Shown here one piece after another: positions 9,650 to 20,057 of a DNA stretch of 64,000 bases. Numbering within the stretch: the first letter of the stretch is position 1; each line of letters opens with the position of its first letter. The notes beneath the pieces are model-generated. The model had not been told where the DNA came from and did not search any database. It worked only from the letters and a program-made list of their open reading frames with translations. Where the stretch lies: assembly GCA_963775685.1 (NCBI GenBank), contig CAVZJV010000014.1:2016001-2080000 (forward strand), written 5' to 3'. Source of the stretch: Candidatus Bathyarchaeota archaeon. Lineage in GTDB: Archaea > Thermoproteota > Bathyarchaeia > Bathyarchaeales > Bathycorpusculaceae. A program made the translations under genes and the position numbers.

Positions 9650-10729
9650 TTATTTTTTGCGGAGGCTTTCTGGTATGTAAGCGCATGCGGGGTCTGATTC
9701 GGCGATGTCTCCTGTGTATGCAAAAGCCCGGTTTCGGCATCCTCCGCATATTTCTCGGTACTCGCAAACTCCACACTTGCCTTTCAAGACGTTTCTGTCT
9801 TGGAATTTGTTGTAGTATTTGGATGCTTTGATTTCTTCCCATGCAGTGCTCAAGCTTTTGCTGCGTATGTTTCCCAGCATCATGGGTTCGGAAGGTTGCA
9901 GGTCAGTGTAGAAGCAGGGAATTAAGTCGCCGTTTTCAGTTACGCTAAGGTACCCGCCGAAGGCGAAGTAGGTGCATTTGCCATGGAATTCTTTTTCGTA
10001 CCATCCATCAAACTCTTTGGCGGGGATTCTCTGTTTAACCACCCGCGCAAAGTGTGGGCAGTGAACGTGAACTTCAAATTTACCCCTGTACTTGGTTGTT
10101 ATATCCCAGATGTGGTTGAGGACCCATTCGTATTGTTCTGGAGTAGGTGTTAAGTCCATGGTTGCTTTTGCTCGTCCACTGGGCACTAAGTGGTTGTACC
10201 AGACAAAGTTGGCATGGTACTTGTCAGCTAACTCTGCGACATGGTCAAGGTGCTGGTAGTTTATGGTGGTAATTGCGCAGGCTAAGCCGTTTAGGATTTT
10301 GCCTCTGGATAGTTTTTCGATGGCTTTGAGGGCTTTTTTGTATGAGCCTTCTCCACGCAGTTGGTCGTTAATTTCTTCGGGACCATCGATGCTGACAGAT
10401 GTCCAGACTTGGTTTTTCACCAAGTTGTCATATATTGTTCCGTCAACAAAAACTCCGTTGGTTAAGAGACACACGTTCAAGCCTTTGTTCTTAGCGTAAG
10501 TGACAATTTCAAAGATGTCGGGGCGTGTTAGGGGTTCGCCGCCTTTTATGCCGAACCATCTTACACCAAAACTCTTGACTTCATCAACTAAATGGACTGC
10601 TTCTTGAGTTGTCATTTCATTTGCAGCATGCTTGCCCGTTGCGTCGACGTTACAGTATTTGCAACGTGCATTGCACGCGCCAGTTGCTCTCCAAGAAGTC
10701 ATTAGCAAAGGACCTTTCTTTTCTGTCAA
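9650..10729 (-). CDS. Radical SAM/SPASM protein (NirJ/AhbD-like fold)
   Basis: CNARCKYC, GGEPL, and a C-terminal GKCGVCEYREICGGCRNRA SPASM motif. Confidence 0.9.
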   Translation of the reverse strand: MTEKKGPLLMTSWRATGACNARCKYCNVDATGKHAANEMTTQEAVHLVDEVKSFGVRWFGIKGGEPLTRPDIFEIVTYAKNKGLNVCLLTNGVFVDGTIYDNLVKNQVWTSVSIDGPEEINDQLRGEGSYKKALKAIEKLSRGKILNGLACAITTINYQHLDHVAELADKYHANFVWYNHLVPSGRAKATMDLTPTPEQYEWVLNHIWDITTKYRGKFEVHVHCPHFARVVKQRIPAKEFDGWYEKEFHGKCTYFAFGGYLSVTENGDLIPCFYTDLQPSEPMMLGNIRSKSLSTAWEEIKASKYYNKFQDRNVLKGKCGVCEYREICGGCRNRAFAYTGDIAESDPACAYIPESLRKK

Positions 10730-10926
10730 AGTAAAACCAACCTTGTGTTCTCTGATAATTCGTTATTTACCTTAAGGGTTATTTTCGTCTTAAAAAAGAT
10801 TGTGCGGTTTAGTTTCTTTTCGTTTTTTTAAATATCCCTGCAAATTTCTCGTTAATTGAGTTAGTTTTGAGGAGTTTGTGGGGTTCCACAAAGTTTATAG
10901 TGAAATAAAACCCTAGACAATCATTC

Positions 10927-13515
10927 TTGGGGGCAAATGATATTCCTAAAAAACTTGCGGTAGTAGTTGTCTTGGTTTTGTTGCTTGCTTCGTCGGTTTT
11001 TGCCGTAATTCCAATTTTTCAGGCAAGCTCTGTCAGTGCACAAGTTAACTCTAACTCAACTTCCAGCAACATCTTAAATCAGTATGAGTGGACGCAGTTT
11101 CAGGGTGATGCCTCATTTACTCGATTCTCAGCCGGACCAGCCCCTAACACACCTAACATACTTTGGAGAGCCAGCGTAGACGGAATACAACCTTACATAA
11201 CAGCGTTTAACGGAATGATTTTCGTAGGTACAAACACCTCGATGGTTGCCCTTGACCAAGCAGGGAATACTCTTTGGAAAACTGAGATTCCGATGAACAA
11301 GACTTGGCCAATAGCCTACAAAATTGATGATTCACATTTAGTGGTTGAAAGCAGTTGCCTTGATATCAGCACGGGCAAGATTTTGTGGACGAGTTCAACT
11401 TTCACCTCTGACACTGGTATCTTCAATTCAGCCGTTTACAGTGCAGCAGAAAAAATTTTCTACACTAAGGTAAATTCGTACATTTTAGCTTGGGACTTTT
11501 CAGATCCTTCTCAACCCCCACCTTTGGCTTGGCAAACTTACATCCCCGGAGGCGGCATAACCGGGATCGGAATAACTTACGGTGAAGGAAAAGTTTTCAC
11601 GGGGTCTTTCATGAATCAGCAATTAGCACTTGACGCCAAGATAGGAGAAATCATATGGACGACTCTTACGCATGGTCCTATGATTTTTAATGGTGCCTAC
11701 TCTGACGGGAGGTACTTTATAGGTGGAACAGATGACAACACAATGTACAGTTTTAATTCGACTAACGGTCAGGTTCTTTGGACATACTCGCCAGGTACTA
11801 ATGGATACTTCACAACTGGTCCAGCTGTTGCATATGGAATGGTCTATGAAATGAACAAGGACGGTTACCTCTACGCCATCAACGTTGAAACGGGCATCCC
11901 CGTATGGAGATACAAGGGGCCCGATGAAAACCTGATATGGCCTGGAATGCCAACGGTTGCAGATGGCAAAATCTATGTAACAACCGGTGAACTGGCTCAA
12001 TATGTGACTCAGTATCAGACGTACTCTGAGTTTGCCTGTTTGAGTGCTTATACTGGTCAGGTTATTTGGAAGCTTCCCATAGAAGCATTGGCTCCAAGGG
12101 AATCTGCTATAGTTGCTTATGGCAACCTCTACATTATCCCTGGTAGCGTGACAACTGCTGTTGATACAACGTCAGGAACTGAATACACAACAGATAGCGA
12201 ACTATGGGCAATTGGAACCAATTCTATTACTGTTAGTAATTGGTCTATGTGGAGAGCTGATTCAACCCATTCTTCTACTTCACAAGTCGGACCTTCCAAT
12301 CTTTCTTTAGCTTGGAAATTCGAGACTAATGGGTCGGTAATATCTTCGCCGAGCGTTGTAGATGGAATCGTGTATGTTGGCTCGCAGGATAAGAGCATCT
12401 ATGCGATTGGAGCTTGGAGCGGCAGTTTGATATGGAAATATGCAACGAATGGTGCTATCATTTCTTCACCTGCTGTAGCGGAAGGCAAAGTTTTCGTGGG
12501 AAGTGAAGATGGATACGTTTATTCTCTTAATGCTAATATCGGTAGCCTAGTTTGGAAAACTTTCGTTAGAAGCAACGTTTCATTCACCTTTGGAGATTTA
12601 GTTCTTAAATCTTCACCAGCCGTTGCAAATGGCAAGGTCTACATCGGTTCATTAGACGGCAACTTGTACGCTCTCGACGCAAACAGCGGCAATATCCTCT
12701 GGAAGACTGAGACTGGTGGACCCATTGAATCCTCTCCAGCCGTGGCTGACGGCGCGGTATACTTCACTTCGCAAGAACCAAATGCAGGAGGTCTCTACAA
12801 ATTGAATGCTGACACTGGAGCTTTGATTTGGAAACAGACTCTTCCCTATCAGATTTCTTTTATTGGAGGCACAGAATTACTTGGTTCGCCCTCGGTTGCA
12901 GCGGGCATGGTTTTTGCATCCTCCAACTGGGGCGCTTACTACGCAGTAAATGAAGCAACAGGTAATATCATTTGGAAATTTATAGACAAAGAAGCCATCG
13001 AATTCATCGTTTCATCCCCAATCTACGCTAACGGTAACCTCTTCATCATCGACAAATTCAACATAGCTTGTCTCAATGCGTCCAACGGAAACATGCTTTG
13101 GAGTACCTTCACCGGAGACGAACTCTACACCTCACCATCTTACGCTGATGGCAAAATCTACCTCGCAACCAGCCAACGCGACGTATTCATCCTTGACACC
13201 ACCCGTAACGGGACAAAAATTGCAACCGCTATCCTGCCCTCTAGCAGTTGGTCTTCGCCCACCTTAGCCAACGGAAGATTATACATCGGATGCAACGACT
13301 GGAACGTTTACTCCTTCGCCAACGAAATCACTAACCAAACACCAGCCCCAACTTCAACTCCACCAGATAACACTTCATATAGATCCCTCTTGTCAGTGTT
13401 GATTATAGTTTTAGTTCTTGCTTTGATCGGCTCAGTGGCGGCTGTTATTTACTTTAGGGGTAAAAACCGATTAAAAATTGTTGCGCCTTTGCCACAGAAA
13501 TTCTTTAGCAATTGA
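10927..13515 (+). CDS. Secreted membrane-anchored tandem PQQ-like/BamB-like beta-propeller protein
   Basis: Signal peptide, many SSPAVA.G.VY.GS.DG.LYAL.A..G...W repeats in two propeller blocks, a Pro/Thr linker and a C-terminal TM helix. Confidence 0.85.
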   Translation: MGANDIPKKLAVVVVLVLLLASSVFAVIPIFQASSVSAQVNSNSTSSNILNQYEWTQFQGDASFTRFSAGPAPNTPNILWRASVDGIQPYITAFNGMIFVGTNTSMVALDQAGNTLWKTEIPMNKTWPIAYKIDDSHLVVESSCLDISTGKILWTSSTFTSDTGIFNSAVYSAAEKIFYTKVNSYILAWDFSDPSQPPPLAWQTYIPGGGITGIGITYGEGKVFTGSFMNQQLALDAKIGEIIWTTLTHGPMIFNGAYSDGRYFIGGTDDNTMYSFNSTNGQVLWTYSPGTNGYFTTGPAVAYGMVYEMNKDGYLYAINVETGIPVWRYKGPDENLIWPGMPTVADGKIYVTTGELAQYVTQYQTYSEFACLSAYTGQVIWKLPIEALAPRESAIVAYGNLYIIPGSVTTAVDTTSGTEYTTDSELWAIGTNSITVSNWSMWRADSTHSSTSQVGPSNLSLAWKFETNGSVISSPSVVDGIVYVGSQDKSIYAIGAWSGSLIWKYATNGAIISSPAVAEGKVFVGSEDGYVYSLNANIGSLVWKTFVRSNVSFTFGDLVLKSSPAVANGKVYIGSLDGNLYALDANSGNILWKTETGGPIESSPAVADGAVYFTSQEPNAGGLYKLNADTGALIWKQTLPYQISFIGGTELLGSPSVAAGMVFASSNWGAYYAVNEATGNIIWKFIDKEAIEFIVSSPIYANGNLFIIDKFNIACLNASNGNMLWSTFTGDELYTSPSYADGKIYLATSQRDVFILDTTRNGTKIATAILPSSSWSSPTLANGRLYIGCNDWNVYSFANEITNQTPAPTSTPPDNTSYRSLLSVLIIVLVLALIGSVAAVIYFRGKNRLKIVAPLPQKFFSN

Positions 13516-13611
13516 CTTTTCTGTTGGCTTACCCAAAGGGTGCCGAATTAGTGTTGACAAAAAGGTTTATACTTCTTTTGAATAACTTTTCCACACCGAA
13601 GAGAGACTAAA

Positions 13612-14318
13612 ATGAAGGTTGTTGTTCATTGGAGCGGGGGCAAAGAATGCTGTTTAGCTTACCACAAAGTCATCAAACAGGGGCATGAGGTTGCTTGTCT
13701 TCTTAGCTTTGAATATCAGAGACCTTACGTTTTTCATAGTTTTCAAGTTATGGAGCTTCAATCCAAAACCTTGGGCATCCCACTTAAAGTTGTTAGGATA
13801 AAGAAAGCTTACGAAGACATCTTGGGTGCGCTAACGAAACTGAAACAGGAGCAGGGTATTGAGGGCATCGTTACTGGCGACATCGCTGGTGCAGGATGTG
13901 CCTTGGTTCATTCAAGCTATTATGAGAGCATGGCTAAACAGCTCGGACTTGCTTTCTTGATGCCTAACGAAAGTCCCGATGGCAACACATACAATGTACT
14001 CAAAGAAGTCGTCGATGCAGGCTTGAGGCCTGTCCTGAACTGTGTCAACACAAACTTTTTTGGTGAAGAATGGTTGGGAAGAAAACTTGACCCAGAATCC
14101 ATCAAAGAACTCAAAGAGTTTACAGATGAAAAAGGCATAGACGTATCAAGTGAAGACGGGCAAGGATACCACAGCACTGTAGTGGAAGCGCCGCTTTTCA
14201 AAGAATCCATCGAAATCGACAAGTTCAAAGCCAAAGAAAAAGAAGGAAAAATCCAAGAATTGGAAGCGGAAACTGGCTCTACATGGACATTAAAGAGTGC
14301 CATCTGAAGCCCAAATAA
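13612..14318 (+). CDS. Dph6/diphthine-ammonia-ligase-like ATP pyrophosphatase #1 (frameshift near 14245)
   Basis: WSGGKEC PP-loop and IVTGDI. The alternative frame ends GNWLYMDIKECHLKPK* (TAA 14316-18), matching the C-terminus of paralog #2 (FLYMDIEEAGLKPK). Confidence 0.85.
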
Positions 14319-14448
14319 ATTTTTCTTTTGTAAAACTCCAAGTTTTTATATTGTTTGTTGTAAATTCAGTGGACTTATAAAAAATCGGTTGTTTTGCATA
14401 AAGTAAATGAACTACAAGACGTAACTTCTAGTTTCTTCGGGGAAGAAA

Positions 14449-15861
14449 ATGAAAACTCGCATTACTCTTGTGAATCCGCCATACCCTGCTGGATCCCACC
14501 AGCATCCACCCTTCATGCCCTTAGGCATCGGATACCTAGGCGCGGTTCTGGATAAGAATCATTTTAACGTTGACGTCATTGATTGTCAGGCACAAAAGAT
14601 CAGTCATCAAAAGTTTAAAGAAGAAATCGCCAAACGTAAACCAGACATAGTTGGCGTCACATGCACTACGCTAACATACAAGTCTGCTCTTAAAATCGTG
14701 AAATCATCGAAAGATGCCTTGCCCAACTGTATAACCGCCATCGGTGGTCCGCACGTTACCTTCTGGGATGACAAGGCACTGCAAGAAGCGCCCTCCTTAG
14801 ACGTTGTCATTAGAAGAGAGGGTGAACAAACCATGTTGGAGCTTGCTCAAAGAGTCGAAAATCACCAAGCATTCAACGACCTCGAAGGAACCACTTGCAG
14901 AAAAGGCGATGAAATAGTAAAGAACGAAGATAGGCCTTTCTTGGAAGACCTCGACAGCCTACCCTTCCCAGCGCTTCACTTGTGGGAAAAACTGGGGGAG
15001 CTGCGAAAATACGGAACAATCCCCTATCCAGTCATGACTAGTCGTGGATGCGTGTTCTGGTGTAACTTCTGCACTGCGGTTAGAATGTTTGGCAGAAAAT
15101 ACCGCATGCGCACCCCAAAGAACGTCGTTGACGAACTGGAATATCTGCACAAAAACTACCGGGCCAACCAATTCACCTTCTACGACGATGCTTTTACCGT
15201 GGATCAAGCAAGAACCGGAGAAATTTGCGATGAGATTCACCGTCGAGGACTAAAAATTAAGTGGGACTGTGAAACCCGCGTTGACATGGTTAGCAAAGAT
15301 CTTCTCGTTAAGATGAGGGAGGCAGGTTGCATTGCGGTTTGGTTTGGTGTTGAATCGGGCTCTTTGAAACAATTAACTAGCATGGGTAAAGGGTTCTCGC
15401 TTACGCAGACAAGACGCGCCTTTAAGTGGGCTAAAGAAGCAGGGTTGATGACAGTTGCAGGCGTAATTTTGGGTTTTCCAGGCGAAACAAGAGAGAGTGC
15501 TTGGGAAACAATCCGCTTCGTGAAGGAACTTAACCCCAACGACGTCGGCTTCTACATCGCCACACCTTATCCAGGAACACCCATGTATGAAGAAGTCAAA
15601 GCCAACGGCTCACTAAAAATAACCGACTTCGACAAGTACGACACCGCCACCCCAACCTTTGAAATTCCAAACCTAACCATGAAGGAACTCACCCAGATCC
15701 GAGAACAAGCATTCCAAAGCTTCTACCTCAGCCCCAGATACTTCATCAGCGCAATTGGCATGTTCAAGAAAGGAAAAATGTGGGGTCTTGGCGCCACACG
15801 ACTAATAATGGCACACTTCCGAAGAGCACTTATGGCGAAATTAACCAGCCCAACCAAATAG
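14449..15861 (+). CDS. B12-binding radical SAM protein (pair II-a)
   Basis: PLGIGYLGAVL, GGPHVTFWD, SRGCVFWCNFC, GVESG, TPYPGT. Confidence 0.9.
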   Translation: MKTRITLVNPPYPAGSHQHPPFMPLGIGYLGAVLDKNHFNVDVIDCQAQKISHQKFKEEIAKRKPDIVGVTCTTLTYKSALKIVKSSKDALPNCITAIGGPHVTFWDDKALQEAPSLDVVIRREGEQTMLELAQRVENHQAFNDLEGTTCRKGDEIVKNEDRPFLEDLDSLPFPALHLWEKLGELRKYGTIPYPVMTSRGCVFWCNFCTAVRMFGRKYRMRTPKNVVDELEYLHKNYRANQFTFYDDAFTVDQARTGEICDEIHRRGLKIKWDCETRVDMVSKDLLVKMREAGCIAVWFGVESGSLKQLTSMGKGFSLTQTRRAFKWAKEAGLMTVAGVILGFPGETRESAWETIRFVKELNPNDVGFYIATPYPGTPMYEEVKANGSLKITDFDKYDTATPTFEIPNLTMKELTQIREQAFQSFYLSPRYFISAIGMFKKGKMWGLGATRLIMAHFRRALMAKLTSPTK

Positions 15862-15870
15862 AAACGCCAC

Positions 15871-17253
15871 GTGGAGAAAGCAACCTTGATTCTTCTAATG
15901 ACCACCGCTCCTCCAGAAAAATCGCCCTGGGGCATGGCGGGAAAGCTTCCTCCCTTAGGCTTAGCCTACGTTGCGGCGGCACTGGAAAAGGGCGGATACC
16001 CAGTTGAAATTTATGACAATTATCTTATGGAGCGTCCCATCGAAGAGGTTAAAGCGGAAATTAAAAAGCGTCAACCACAAATCGTTGGCATAACCTGTAG
16101 CAGCTTAACTTATACTCGGTGTATCGAGACGGCTAAAGCAGCTAAAGAAGCCTGCCCAACCTGCAAGGTGGTGGTGGGTGGACCGCATCCTTCGTACATG
16201 CCCGAGACCATGCTACAACACAACGAGATCGATTACGTGGTCATCGGCGAAGGGGAAACGGCGATAGTGAAGCTTGCCGCCAGCATCATCCAAGGAGAAC
16301 CGAACAGCACCATCGCCAAGATTCCAGGAATAGCCTGCAAAATCAACGGCGAAATAACCCAAACTGCACCCCAATTCATCACAGATTTAGACACAGTTCC
16401 CTTCCCCGCACGCCACATGTTGCCCATGAAAATGTACGACCGCGCACTTCCCTACATAGACGTCAAACCCGTCGACACCATGAGCATCCTGCGGGGCTGC
16501 CCATACAAATGCGCCTACTGCGAAACCCGCGAGCTATGGGGAACAGCCTGCCGAGCCTTCTCACCACAACGAGTCATCGACGAAATCAAAGATATGATGG
16601 AGAAATACGGCACCAAAGGCATCTACTTTGTCGGCGACAACTTTACCATAAACAAAAACCGCGCCACCGAACTCTGCCGCCTAATCAAAGAAAACAAACT
16701 TGACATCAAATGGACCTGCGAAACCCGAGCAGACCTAGTCAACAAAGAACTGTTAGTAGAAATGAAGTCCGCTGGGTGCCAAACCATTTTCTTCGGTACC
16801 GAATCTGGGTCTCCGCGGATTCAGCAGAAACTCGGCAAAAACATCGACCTGCAAGAAGTCGAACGCACCTTTGAAATTTGCCGTCAAGTCGGCATCAAAA
16901 CAGCCACATCATTTATGCTTGGTATCCCAGGCGAAACTGTTGAGGATATGCAAGCAACCTTCAATTATGCCAAACGCCTAAAAGCTGATGTCTGCATGTT
17001 CAACATCTACATTGCTTGCCCAGGCAGCGAACTCTACGACGAAGTAGTAAGCCAGCACCTCTACGACCAAATGGACAACTACCTGGCAAGAGTTAAAACC
17101 AAAGAATTTGACTATGACATGCTCGTCAAAATCCAAAGAGAATACCAGAAAAGCTTCCAGAAGTCAGCCGCATCCAAGCTGATTCGGGTGATTAAGCAGG
17201 AAGGCTTAGGGAGTGCAGCTAAAAAAGGCGCCAAAGTAATCTTCCACCGTTAG
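15871..17253 (+). CDS. B12-binding radical SAM protein (pair III-a)
   Basis: PPLGLAYVAAAL, GGPHPS, GEGE, RGCPYKCAYC, GTESG. Confidence 0.9.
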   Translation: MEKATLILLMTTAPPEKSPWGMAGKLPPLGLAYVAAALEKGGYPVEIYDNYLMERPIEEVKAEIKKRQPQIVGITCSSLTYTRCIETAKAAKEACPTCKVVVGGPHPSYMPETMLQHNEIDYVVIGEGETAIVKLAASIIQGEPNSTIAKIPGIACKINGEITQTAPQFITDLDTVPFPARHMLPMKMYDRALPYIDVKPVDTMSILRGCPYKCAYCETRELWGTACRAFSPQRVIDEIKDMMEKYGTKGIYFVGDNFTINKNRATELCRLIKENKLDIKWTCETRADLVNKELLVEMKSAGCQTIFFGTESGSPRIQQKLGKNIDLQEVERTFEICRQVGIKTATSFMLGIPGETVEDMQATFNYAKRLKADVCMFNIYIACPGSELYDEVVSQHLYDQMDNYLARVKTKEFDYDMLVKIQREYQKSFQKSAASKLIRVIKQEGLGSAAKKGAKVIFHR

Positions 17254-17268
17254 CTCAATCGACTTTTT

Positions 17269-17583
17269 TTATATCGGCACTTCTATGGCTCGACAAACTT
17301 CAACAAACGCATCAATCGGCAGCTTGCTGTCAGTCACATTCTTTATCAACATACGCCCCCCATCAAAGAGGCTGACTTCCATCTTCATGCAGTCAAAAAT
17401 CAGAAGCATAGGCGCCTTCACCCGAACCTTCATCTTCTGCTTCTTAATTTTCTCGCAAGCCTGATCCATGTTAAACTTTAGTTGCGGTGCCGGAGTTATG
17501 TCGGCGGTTTTTCCTCCACAGAGCCAAACGATGTTTAAAGTTAGGTTGCCGACGACTTCTTTTTGTTGTGACGTTTCGTTCAA
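17269..17583 (-). CDS. Small protein resembling a stand-alone ThiF/MoeB C-terminal domain
   Basis: LCGGKTADITP...LLIF..MEVSLFDGGRMLIKNVTD resembles the LCG..Q/F.DGR.LI pattern at the end of long ThiF/MoeB proteins (recognised from memory). Confidence 0.55.
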   Translation of the reverse strand: MNETSQQKEVVGNLTLNIVWLCGGKTADITPAPQLKFNMDQACEKIKKQKMKVRVKAPMLLIFDCMKMEVSLFDGGRMLIKNVTDSKLPIDAFVEVCRAIEVPI

Positions 17584-17828
17584 CTCCAGCTGTATGTTTT
17601 AGGCGTAAGGTTGCTTTATCAACGTTGCGATAGAACGGGTTGGGGATTTTTTTAATAAAAATTAAACCTTTTACTTGCTTGTTTGAAGATGTAGCATTTA
17701 ATGCCCTTAAAAAAAAGTAATAATTAAAATCTGTCCTATGGTTTGAGATGGGCATCTCAAACGTCTTTTTGGTTAGTCAAGAAACTTCACTAATTTTAGT
17801 CAAGAGACCTATACAAGAAACCTTTTAA

Positions 17829-18587
17829 TTGCTAACAACTAAAAACAGATGGTCTGAGCATAGGAGCTGTTACTTCAATTATCTCATCATTGCCTTACTT
17901 TCTACACTAACACTTGCTAACTTGCAAATGTTAAGTGGAAATCCAACCTACATATGGGATTATCCAATGGATAATGGTGTTGTAGTTCCAGACAACAAGA
18001 CAAAACCGCCAACCATTCAATTTTATTTCGAAAACTATACAGAGTCGCAATAACAGCCTTTTATACCAATTTACATGAAGGTTGGCGATTCGAGCACTGC
18101 CCAATCAAGAATGCTTGAAGAAGTAAACTATGAAGCAGATTGGTTATCCAGTAATACTAACTATTTACAAATACATTGTATCGATTGTGTTAGCTCAAAT
18201 CCAAAGCTACCTACGCCTACAATAACTGAATTATCAACAACAATCAACCTAACTGATGTACCTTGAGGGAAATCACAGAATAACCATTTATGCTAACGAA
18301 ACTGGGTATTACAAGAGCTTAAATTATTCTCCAAGTGACAACTACACTTTCAATTATTATTATGATTTTAGTATTACAGGCTCATCAACGTTGAATTTCA
18401 TGGTTGATACGCCCCCTTAGTCTTCAATAAGCCCAAGCACAACGTCCTATTTGCAACAAGCAATAGAAATGCACCCCATTTAGACCCAATATTTTACTTG
18501 ATACCTGTCAGCATTATAGTGGTTGTAGTTGCGGTGTTAGTTCTGCTCTTTAGAAATCATCGAAAGACCCCTAACTTGAATCAATAG
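17829..18587 (+). pseudogene. Degraded secreted, membrane-anchored protein gene
   Basis: Fragments carry a signal-like hydrophobic stretch, 'YEADWL', 'TINLTDVP*GKS..ITIYA' Ig-like pieces and a terminal TM segment (LLLIPVSIIVVVVAVLVLLFRNHRK). Interrupted by stops and frameshifts. Confidence 0.55.
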
Positions 18588-18669
18588 ACCTTTTCCCATG
18601 GCAAGGTGCAACTGCTTATAATACTAAATTTCTTAAGCAAGGGCAAAACAATTAGAACGTTGATTTGCT

Positions 18670-18959
18670 ATGCCTGAGCAGTTTAAGCTAATGATTCTTG
18701 TTAACATTCTGTTGGGTTTGCTTTTTCTTGTTTTAAACTATGTTTACTATTATTTTGCTAACAGGTTTGAGGGGCTGGTGCTCTTTGGAGTCCTTTGTGG
18801 TTGACTTTCTATAACTTTAAAGCAGCTGCAACTATTGGAGATGTAGGTGCTCAAGAGCCTAACTTTAGTTTTTACTTCTTTTGGGGTTTAATGATCGTTA
18901 ACGTTTATTTCATATATATGCTTCAAAGAAGCAATCAAACAAAACTGAGCCTTTCTTAG
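18670..18959 (+). CDS. Small 2-TM membrane protein (frameshift near 18785)
   Basis: MPEQFKLMILVNILLGLLFLVLNYVYYYF... then, in a shifted frame, WSPLWLTFY...PNFSFYFFWGLMIVNVYFIYMLQRS. A TATA-like CTTATAA lies at ~18615. Confidence 0.5.
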
Positions 18960-19246
18960 GTTGCTGTCCTCTCATTGAATGCTTTTGGAGAACAACAACT
19001 GGTTTTTGTTTGGAAAAAGTTTGATGTTTTTCTTTGACTTGAATAAAGTTAAAAGAAGAAGAGTGAAAAAACGGCGCTTCTTCTTCTTTTGTTAGTAATA
19101 CCCGCAAAGGTTGATATGGGGCATTGCTGAAAGAAGAAAAAACGCAATTTTTCCAGAAAATGATATTTTTTCTTCTTCTCGGCAACGACCAAAAATGGGC
19201 ATTTGGATTTGAATTCTGTATTGTTCTTTCCAAGTAATGACTTTTA

Positions 19247-19975
19247 TTATTTGGGTTTGAGACCTGCTTCTTCGATATCCATGTAGAGGAAGTCGCCTAC
19301 ACGGAACGGTGAACCTCCAAAATCGACCACTTTGCTCTTCTTGGTGAACTTGGTTAATTCGACGCGTTGCTTAAACAATGGTGCGTCGAGAGTTGTGGAG
19401 TGGTATTCTCCGGGTTCCCCTGAAACATCAATTCCTTTTCCAGCTGGACCCACGAGTGGTTGCATGTCTTCGATGCATTTTCTGTCAATTTGGCGTCCCA
19501 ACCACTCGGGAGTGAAATATCTTTGGTCGACACAGCTAAGAATCGCTTTTACACCGGCGTTCTGTTCCATTTCCATAATTCGTTTGCGGCGTCGATTGCC
19601 AGGAATTAGGTTGAGGGGGCGGTCCCAAAGCGGCATCATAAGCTCCACTCCCAACTTCTTGCAAGCGTCTTTCCAAACGCGCCGATGATGGACGTTGTCA
19701 ATGTCACCTGTGACGATGGCTTTTGCGCCTTCTTCTTTATGGAGCCGTTCAAGGGTTCCCATTATGTCGTCATAGCGGTTGTCGGTGATTTTGACGAATT
19801 GGTGGGGCATGCCAAGCGCCTTGACTTGGTGTTCTATGACTTTGATGCTGTGGAAAATGTAGGGTTCCATGTAAATGTAGGTGACAAGGGAGGCGACTTC
19901 GTGGCCTTGCTCGACTATTTTGTGCAGTGCGGTGGCGCAGTCTTTTCCTCCGCTCCAGTGAACAATAACTTTCAT
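19247..19975 (-). CDS. Dph6-like ATP pyrophosphatase #2
   Basis: WSGGKDC, IVTGDI, MPLW, DVSGEPGEYHST. Confidence 0.88.
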   Translation of the reverse strand: MKVIVHWSGGKDCATALHKIVEQGHEVASLVTYIYMEPYIFHSIKVIEHQVKALGMPHQFVKITDNRYDDIMGTLERLHKEEGAKAIVTGDIDNVHHRRVWKDACKKLGVELMMPLWDRPLNLIPGNRRRKRIMEMEQNAGVKAILSCVDQRYFTPEWLGRQIDRKCIEDMQPLVGPAGKGIDVSGEPGEYHSTTLDAPLFKQRVELTKFTKKSKVVDFGGSPFRVGDFLYMDIEEAGLKPK

Positions 19976-20057
19976 GCTAAATCAACCTCCAAAGTCTCGC
20001 CTGAAACTGTTTGATGAGGGATAAACACGCCAGCATATAAGCGTTTTAGAAACTGCG

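Noticed and set aside
9631-9774. N-terminal extension of the 514-aa ORF
   Set aside because: It overlaps the upstream SPASM gene. Paralog alignment places the start at about 9630.
5443-13515. PQQ-dependent dehydrogenases
   Set aside because: Only the structural W-docking propeller repeats are visible. No quinoprotein catalytic motifs or pqq genes were recognised.
14432-14448. Hairpin TTTCTTC-GGG-GAAGAAA covering the RBS of a B12-radical SAM gene
   Set aside because: It has only 7 bp with a 3-nt loop and is not repeated at paralogous genes, so it is likely chance.
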